This document shows positions 35,237-40,000 of a stretch of 40,000 bases of DNA, piece after piece (positions within the stretch are counted from its first letter, which is position 1; every line of letters starts with the position of its first letter). Source of the stretch: Deferribacter abyssi. Its GTDB lineage: Bacteria; Chrysiogenota; Deferribacteres; Deferribacterales; Deferribacteraceae. The notes beneath the pieces were generated by a model. It saw only the letters and a program-made list of their open reading frames with translations, made no database searches and was not told where the DNA came from. The stretch is taken from the NCBI RefSeq assembly GCF_049472655.1, contig NZ_JAQNCS010000010.1, positions 45,392 through 85,391 of the forward strand, written 5' to 3'. A program made the position numbers and the translations under genes.

Positions 35237-35948
35237 AATCGACCAGCTTTTTGAAGTGGTTGAGGGGGAGGATAGGCAGAGGCTTGAGATTTTGGTCAGA
35301 AAGGAGCGTGAGGCTCTGGAGAGACTGGACAGCGATTCTACAACCGAGGCAGTGGACTTGTGGAAAGCTGCCAAAAGTGCGTTAAGCGAATATGTGAAGG
35401 AGCTGTGGAACAGCTATTTTCCGGAAGATCAGGTGTTTGAAAATGCCATTGAAGTGGTCAGTTTTTTGAATGAGGAAGGGTGGAAAGTCAGCAAAACCAA
35501 AGTTTACAACGATATTAAAGCGGGAAGGCTCAGGAGAAACAAAGAGGGACATTTTAGAAAGCAGGATGTGCTTAAATATGCTGAAACCTATCTGGTGAGA
35601 TATGACGGCGGTGGAGAGGATCCTGAAAAATTGCAGGAGCTGAAATTAAAGCATGAGATAGAGATTATGGAAGTGAAAAAGCGTATGCTTCAGATGGAAG
35701 AGGAAATAAAGCGTGGCGAGTATGTGAGGAGAGATGAGTTTGAGCATGCTCTGGCTGCGAGAGCATCCATTTTTAAGTCGGATTTGCAGAATTTTGCTTA
35801 CAAGGATGTGCCTGAAATTGTGGCCATTGTGAACGGTGATACGAAAAAAACGCCTGATGCTATTCAATATGTGTTGGGCAGAATTGATGAGATTTTGGCA
35901 AGGTATGTTGAAAGCAGAGTGGAGAGTGCAGAAGTTGAAAACGCTTGA
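35226..35948 (+). CDS. Terminase small subunit (Nu1-like) candidate
   Basis: It lies immediately upstream of and overlapping the GpA-type terminase. It has a central coiled-coil (LKHEIEIMEVKKRMLQMEEEIKRGEYVRRDEF) as in Nu1-type small subunits. Confidence 0.5.
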   Translation: MRTKIDQLFEVVEGEDRQRLEILVRKEREALERLDSDSTTEAVDLWKAAKSALSEYVKELWNSYFPEDQVFENAIEVVSFLNEEGWKVSKTKVYNDIKAGRLRRNKEGHFRKQDVLKYAETYLVRYDGGGEDPEKLQELKLKHEIEIMEVKKRMLQMEEEIKRGEYVRRDEFEHALAARASIFKSDLQNFAYKDVPEIVAIVNGDTKKTPDAIQYVLGRIDEILARYVESRVESAEVENA

Positions 35949-37749
35949 AGCCGTGCAGTTTACCGAAGGTGAAAAGGAAGTTTTTAAGCCCAGATCAGGA
36001 TTAACAGTTTCTGAGTGGGCTGAAAAATACCGTGTGGTTACCACTGGCTCTATGAAAGGTAAGTGGAGAAATATCACAACGCCTTATCTCAAAGAGCCGA
36101 TGGACTGTTTCAATGTACCTTATATCAGGCAGATAATTTTGATGTTTGCTCCGCAGACTGGTAAGACACAAGTGGCGTTTAACAGTCTGCTTTACAGCAT
36201 AGATGAAGACCCTGGAAGCGCAATGTATGTGCTCAGCACCGAGAAAACCGCTGAGAGAATGAGTAAGAAAAGGTTTTTGCCGATGTTTCTGGCCACTAAC
36301 AAAATTGCAGAAAAGATGACCGATAAAAAGGCGGATAAGGCAAAGTATCATTACCGCTTTAGAAACGGTGCTGATTTGATGATTTCATGGGCTACTTCTG
36401 CCAGTGAGCTTGCCAGCGAATCTGTGAGATATATGTTTTTTGATGAGACAGATAAATATCCACAAAATCTTCCAGGGGAGGGCGATCCTATTACACTTGG
36501 TGAGATGAGGACAAAGACGTTTCCCTACAATTCGAAAATTATTTACATGTCCACTCCTACCATCAAAAGCGGGTTTATTTACAAGCTCATGACGGAAGTG
36601 GCCGATGAAGTGAGGCGGTATTATGTGCCGTGTCCATCTTGTGGTGAATTTCAGCTGATGGAGTTTGAGCAGATAAAGTGGCCAAGTGATGTGAGAGATC
36701 CGAGGGTGATTCGCCGGGAGAAACTGGCATGGTATGAGTGCAAACATTGCGGTGCCATCTGGAACGATATTGACAGAGATAGAGCCGTGAGAAATGGCAA
36801 ATGGGTGGCTGACGAGCCTGTGGATAGACCTGTGGCGGTGGGTTTTCATTTGCCTGCGTGGTATTCACCTTTTGTGTCTCTTTCTGAAGTTGCTGCAGCG
36901 TTTTTAAAGGCTCATCAGGATAAAACCAAGATGCGTGCTTTTGTGACGCAATACAAGGCAGAGCCTTATGAAGAGGAACAGGCAGAGCGGGAAGAGAAAA
37001 TTATTTACGACTTGCGGGATGATAGGCCGAGAGGACTCGTGCCGAGTGTGCCTATTGCCGCCATTACGGCTGCTGCAGATACTCAAGATGACGGATGGTT
37101 TTACTCTATCAGAGCGTGGGGATTTGGCAGGGATTTGGAAAGCTGGCTTATCAGGGAAGGTTTTGTGACGACTCTGGACGGGCTTGCTAAGGTCTTTTTT
37201 GAGGATGTGTATGAGGATGTAAATGGCCAAAAATATGTGGTGAATATCGCTTTGATTGACTCCGGTGGGCATAATACGGCGGCGGTGTATGATTTTTGCA
37301 GGTTTTATCCTCAGGCCATTGCTACGAAGGGATCTTCTCATAGAAGCATGGTCCAGCCTTTCAGGTTTAGCAAAATAGATGTTTATCCGGGCACAAACAA
37401 GCCGATTCCCGGTGGTGCGCAGCTTTTGGTTGTGAATACGCTTTATTACAAAGATATGCTTTCTGTGAAGTTGCAGATTGCTCCTGGAGATCCTGGAGCT
37501 TTTCATGTGCATTCTGAAATCGGTGAGGATTATGCAAAGCAAATGGTGGCGGAAGTGAAGGATGAGCAAACAGGACTCTGGAAGTGCGTTGGCGGAAAAG
37601 CGAATCATTACTGGGACTGTGAAGTTTTAAACCTTGTGGCTGCGGATCTGCTCGGCATCAGGTATGAGCAGGCACCACAGGAAGAACAGAAACAGGATGA
37701 TATTAAAAAATTTAAACATATTAAAAATCAGAGGAGGCGTAGATGGTAA
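35905..37749 (+). CDS. Terminase large subunit (lambda GpA family)
   Basis: Motifs WRNITTPYLKEPMD and the Walker-A-like MFAPQTGKTQ, a zinc finger CPSCGEF...CKHCGA, and IDSGGH. The exact start is uncertain. Confidence 0.85.
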   Translation: MLKAEWRVQKLKTLEAVQFTEGEKEVFKPRSGLTVSEWAEKYRVVTTGSMKGKWRNITTPYLKEPMDCFNVPYIRQIILMFAPQTGKTQVAFNSLLYSIDEDPGSAMYVLSTEKTAERMSKKRFLPMFLATNKIAEKMTDKKADKAKYHYRFRNGADLMISWATSASELASESVRYMFFDETDKYPQNLPGEGDPITLGEMRTKTFPYNSKIIYMSTPTIKSGFIYKLMTEVADEVRRYYVPCPSCGEFQLMEFEQIKWPSDVRDPRVIRREKLAWYECKHCGAIWNDIDRDRAVRNGKWVADEPVDRPVAVGFHLPAWYSPFVSLSEVAAAFLKAHQDKTKMRAFVTQYKAEPYEEEQAEREEKIIYDLRDDRPRGLVPSVPIAAITAAADTQDDGWFYSIRAWGFGRDLESWLIREGFVTTLDGLAKVFFEDVYEDVNGQKYVVNIALIDSGGHNTAAVYDFCRFYPQAIATKGSSHRSMVQPFRFSKIDVYPGTNKPIPGGAQLLVVNTLYYKDMLSVKLQIAPGDPGAFHVHSEIGEDYAKQMVAEVKDEQTGLWKCVGGKANHYWDCEVLNLVAADLLGIRYEQAPQEEQKQDDIKKFKHIKNQRRRRW

Positions 37750-37934
37750 AGACTAAAACAACAATTCTTGTGGGTATGAAGGCTATCAGGCAATATGTGG
37801 GCAGAAGCGAGGCGACGGTGCTGAAATGGATAAAAGAGGACGGGTTTCCTGCTAAAAAGGTGGATGGAGTGTGGGAGTCGGATACGGTGTTGATTGAGAA
37901 GTGGAGAAGGAAGATGATTGCAGAGAGGAAGTGA
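37743..37934 (+). CDS. Small excisionase-family HTH protein
   Basis: Segment GMKAIRQYVGRSEATVLKWIKEDGFPAKKVDGVWESD..IEKW. It is the last gene before the putative attR. Confidence 0.5.
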   Translation: MVKTKTTILVGMKAIRQYVGRSEATVLKWIKEDGFPAKKVDGVWESDTVLIEKWRRKMIAERK

Positions 37935-37936
37935 AA

Positions 37937-37947
37937 TATTTTGATTT
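37937..37947. repeat. Putative attR core (TATTTTGATTT)
   Basis: Identical to 21287-21297. It starts 3 nt after the stop of the last higher-GC gene, and composition becomes AT-rich to its right. Confidence 0.4.
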
Positions 37948-38051
37948 CAGATTATGAGTTGAAAATGGGTTGAATAAAAGCAAGAGTTGAAGCATTATTA
38001 TATAAATTTTAATAATAAGAGTCAATGTTTGTGAATTTTAAGGAGCTAACG

Positions 38052-38930
38052 ATGAGTTGGTTTATAATTTTTATAGTAGTATTAATAATTATCTATTTTG
38101 TATTAGAAAAAATAACAGATAGTACTAACAAGCCAACAAATAAAGTAACTCGCAGTAATACTTATAAAACAAAAAATTTTACAGGTTTTGATGAAAGTGC
38201 ATTTTACACATCTAAAGGTAATTTTAGATTTCCTAAATATAATATTAATAATCCTATTAGAATTCGTGATATTTCTGACTATAAAGAAATAAAAGAAGGT
38301 TTAAGATATGACGAGATAAAAATTAAAAGTATTGAAGAATTTAATGAGTTTTTCCCTTATTATGACTTATTGTTTGAAGTAGAATCAGTAGTTGAATGTT
38401 TTCAAAGGTTAAAAAATCATTTTAGTAAGGATTTAGAATGGGCTGAAAAATTACATACCGATATGTTAGATGACTTATTTTATTTCTGTGAAGAAGATGA
38501 TGATAATGTTATTGAATTTGATGAACATTCTGAATGGTATGATGTTTTGAAAAATACTGATTTTATAAAAGAAATAAAGTGCACTAAAGAAGAATATCTA
38601 TCAAGCCTTCTGGTAAACGATTTAAAAGAGATATGTAAAGCCAATAATTTAAAAGTTTCAGGAAAGAAAAACGAACTTATACAGAGAATTTTGGATGCTA
38701 ATGTTGATATTAAAATACCGAAGCATTATGAAATTACGCGAGATATATGCAGTGAAGTAATAAAAATTTTTGATTTTTATCTTAATACAGTTGAAGAACT
38801 TATAAAGGATTTTCACCCTTTTTATAAATATGCGATCTGGAAGGGTGTTTATGACAGTTCAGAATACAACTATATAACAAATAAAGTTAATGAAAAAATT
38901 AAAGAATTAGAAAAAATAATTGAGGGGTAA
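38052..38930 (+). CDS. Membrane-anchored protein with SAP DNA-binding motif
   Basis: AAGGAG SD, N-terminal TM helix WFIIFIVVLIIIYFVL and an acidic middle. The SAP-like segment is LVNDLKEICKANNLKVSGKKNELIQRILDA. Confidence 0.6.
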   Translation: MSWFIIFIVVLIIIYFVLEKITDSTNKPTNKVTRSNTYKTKNFTGFDESAFYTSKGNFRFPKYNINNPIRIRDISDYKEIKEGLRYDEIKIKSIEEFNEFFPYYDLLFEVESVVECFQRLKNHFSKDLEWAEKLHTDMLDDLFYFCEEDDDNVIEFDEHSEWYDVLKNTDFIKEIKCTKEEYLSSLLVNDLKEICKANNLKVSGKKNELIQRILDANVDIKIPKHYEITRDICSEVIKIFDFYLNTVEELIKDFHPFYKYAIWKGVYDSSEYNYITNKVNEKIKELEKIIEG

Positions 38931-39169
38931 TGATGAACGATAAAGAAAATATAGTAAAAAAAGTTTGTAAGGAGCTGGGGATTACGCAAAAGGAGTTGGC
39001 GGAAAGGATTGGTATTTCTGAGCAATCGTTACGAAATGCTGTATCATCTGGTAAGCTGAGTAATCAAACAAAAAAAGCAATCGAACTGTTTGTTGAAAAC
39101 GTTAAACTAAAAAAAGAATTGGAAAAATATAAAGAATTAGGAAAATTATTAAAAGAGATAATAAATTAG
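38930..39169 (+). CDS. Small XRE-type HTH protein
   Basis: ATGA-type overlap with the upstream stop. HTH segment ITQKELAERIGISEQSLRNAVSSG. Confidence 0.6.
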   Translation: MMNDKENIVKKVCKELGITQKELAERIGISEQSLRNAVSSGKLSNQTKKAIELFVENVKLKKELEKYKELGKLLKEIIN

Positions 39170-39241
39170 TATGTTGAATATCGCCTAATATCATATATCA
39201 TTATTTTAACCCTTGACATTTATCATTAATTATTATATTAG

Positions 39242-39268
39242 CCTCCTGAAATATACTTTTTCAGGAGG
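39242..39268 (+). promoter_or_regulatory. 10-bp perfect hairpin sequestering the SD of the Bro-N gene
   Basis: CCTCCTGAAA (39242-39251) pairs with TTTCAGGAGG (39259-39268) around a 7-nt loop. The right arm contains AGGAGG, 6 nt before ATG 39275. TTGACA lies at ~39216. Confidence 0.4.
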
Positions 39269-39274
39269 TTGTTT

Positions 39275-39397
39275 ATGTCTAATGTAGTTCTTTTTAATAA
39301 TCCAGAATTTGGACAGATAAGAATTGTTGACCAAAATGGGAATTTTTGGTTCGTGGCAAAGGATATATGTGAGAAGGACATTGCACAAGTTGGTTAG
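39275..39397 (+). pseudogene. Bro-N/antirepressor-type gene truncated by IS insertion
   Basis: MSNVVLFNNPEFGQIRIVDQNGNFWFVAKDICEKD matches the Bro-N N-terminal pattern. The reading frame runs into the IS end at 39376 and stops at 39395-39397. Confidence 0.6.
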
Positions 39398-40000
39398 CAC
39401 TTCAAAGTTCTCTTTGTTTGGTTAATTTTGTCATTTTTTTACTCAATTTTTACATAATTTTGACTATTGCCTCTCTAAAACCCTCCAAATTTGACCCTAA
39501 AATCATCAATTCTCCCATTTTTGGACGCAATTCTACCGTTAAACACACAATCTAATTGCCTTTACCACATTAAAACATATCGATTTCATCAGAAATTCAT
39601 ATAATACCTTGCGAATACCTAAATATCTCGACCTATTCAAACCATAATTGCTTTTTAATGTTCCAAAACTACGCTCTATCTTATACCTAACTCGTTTGCA
39701 AAATTTGTTTAAATCTTTTTGTAATTCCGTTAAATCTCTACCCTTCACCTTTTTATGCATTATAAAATCCTCTATATCATTTGATTTTAACATTTCACGA
39801 TTTCTCTTGCTACTATATGCTTTGTCTCCAAATACAGAAGTAACTATGTAACCTTTCTCTTGTAAATTTTTTATCAATGGCTCTAAATATCTTGACTCAT
39901 GAACATTAGCTCCTGTAACCTCCACTCCTAAAATAAATCCGTTGACACTATCACTCGCTACATGTGCCTTATAACCATAGTATGATTTATCCCCCTTCTT
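39376..40000 (-). mobile_element. IS5-like insertion sequence, right end in window, left end beyond window
   Basis: The terminal sequence GGACATTGCACAAG resembles IS5-type inverted repeats (GGAAGGTGCGAA...). A DDE transposase lies inside. A second partial copy is at 27340-27553. Confidence 0.8.
39539..40000 (-). CDS. DDE transposase (IS4/IS5 superfamily), 5' end outside window
   Basis: The frame stays open to base 40000 (KKGDKSYYGYKAHVASDSVNGFILGVEVTGANVHES...). Motifs GDKAYSS and YKIERSFGTLK. The listed Met at 39925 is an internal GTG. Confidence 0.8.
   Translation of the reverse strand, partial: KKGDKSYYGYKAHVASDSVNGFILGVEVTGANVHESRYLEPLIKNLQEKGYIVTSVFGDKAYSSKRNREMLKSNDIEDFIMHKKVKGRDLTELQKDLNKFCKRVRYKIERSFGTLKSNYGLNRSRYLGIRKVLYEFLMKSICFNVVKAIRLCV

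Larger units (their letters stand above)
21286..37947. mobile_element. tRNA-Val-associated integrative lambda-like element (~16.6 kb), prophage remnant or satellite-like
   Basis: The integrase abuts the tRNA 3' end. The 11-nt repeat TATTTTGATTT occurs at 21287-21297 and 37937-37947. GC is visibly higher than in the flanks. Phage regulatory, replication and terminase genes are present, but no virion gene is recognisable. Confidence 0.65.

Noticed and set aside
32166-37608. Antisense or alternative-frame ORFs inside dnaB, ssb, the 33-35 kb genes, TerS and TerL (for example 32166-32450, 32764-33147, 33032-33253, 34671-34898, 35646-36077, 36385-36849 and 36904-37608).
   Set aside because: They are embedded in genes with clear family motifs. 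The higher GC of the element lengthens random ORFs, and their composition is atypical (R/H/S/C-rich).
21217-40000. A longer copy of the tRNA-Val 3' half as attR.
   Set aside because: I looked by eye for GGTTCAATCCCGCC or CGCCCGCGCC downstream and saw none in the window. Only the 11-mer was found, so the att assignment stays tentative.
1-40000. rRNA genes, CRISPR arrays and riboswitch-like leaders.
   Set aside because: Nothing resembling them was seen. Intergenic regions in the host part are short.

Overview
AT-rich chromosome segment from a flagellated diderm bacterium; the taxon cannot be determined from the sequence alone.

**Bases 1-21.2 kb: conserved host genes, all on the + strand.**
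- Secretin 3' end and lpxB.
- A flagellar operon: fliK-flgD-flgE-motA-motB-fliL-fliN-fliO-fliP-fliQ.
- A REC/HD-GYP regulator, a futalosine-type radical SAM enzyme, a MEMO-like protein, galU, hsp20, lon, DUF2062 and a MinD-like ATPase.
- A CheW-CheZ fusion.

**Bases 21.2-37.9 kb: integrated element.** tRNA-Val(GAC) at 21217-21288 is followed by a higher-GC, lambda-like element of about 16.6 kb.
- Gene content: integrase, Xis-like protein, small Cys-rich ORFs, cI-like/Cro-like switch with repeated TTCAC..GTGA operators, CII-like protein, replication initiator with internal iterons, DnaB, SSB, TerS and TerL.
- No portal, capsid, tail or lysis gene is recognisable.
- An 11-bp direct repeat brackets it at 21287 and 37937.

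**Accessory cargo in the element's immunity region.**
- A possible lysogeny-expressed membrane protein, encoded antisense to the pL-like transcript.
- A very AT-rich three-gene cassette that I read as distantly RexA/RexB-like, plus a zinc-ribbon membrane protein.
- A solo IS end.
- A zinc-ribbon protein and a coiled-coil membrane protein encoded directly downstream of the repressor gene on the same strand.

**Right of the putative attR.** A second AT-rich module (membrane-anchored SAP-domain protein plus HTH protein), then a Bro-N gene cut by an IS5-like element that runs off the window.

All homology statements come from motif recognition by eye, not from searches.
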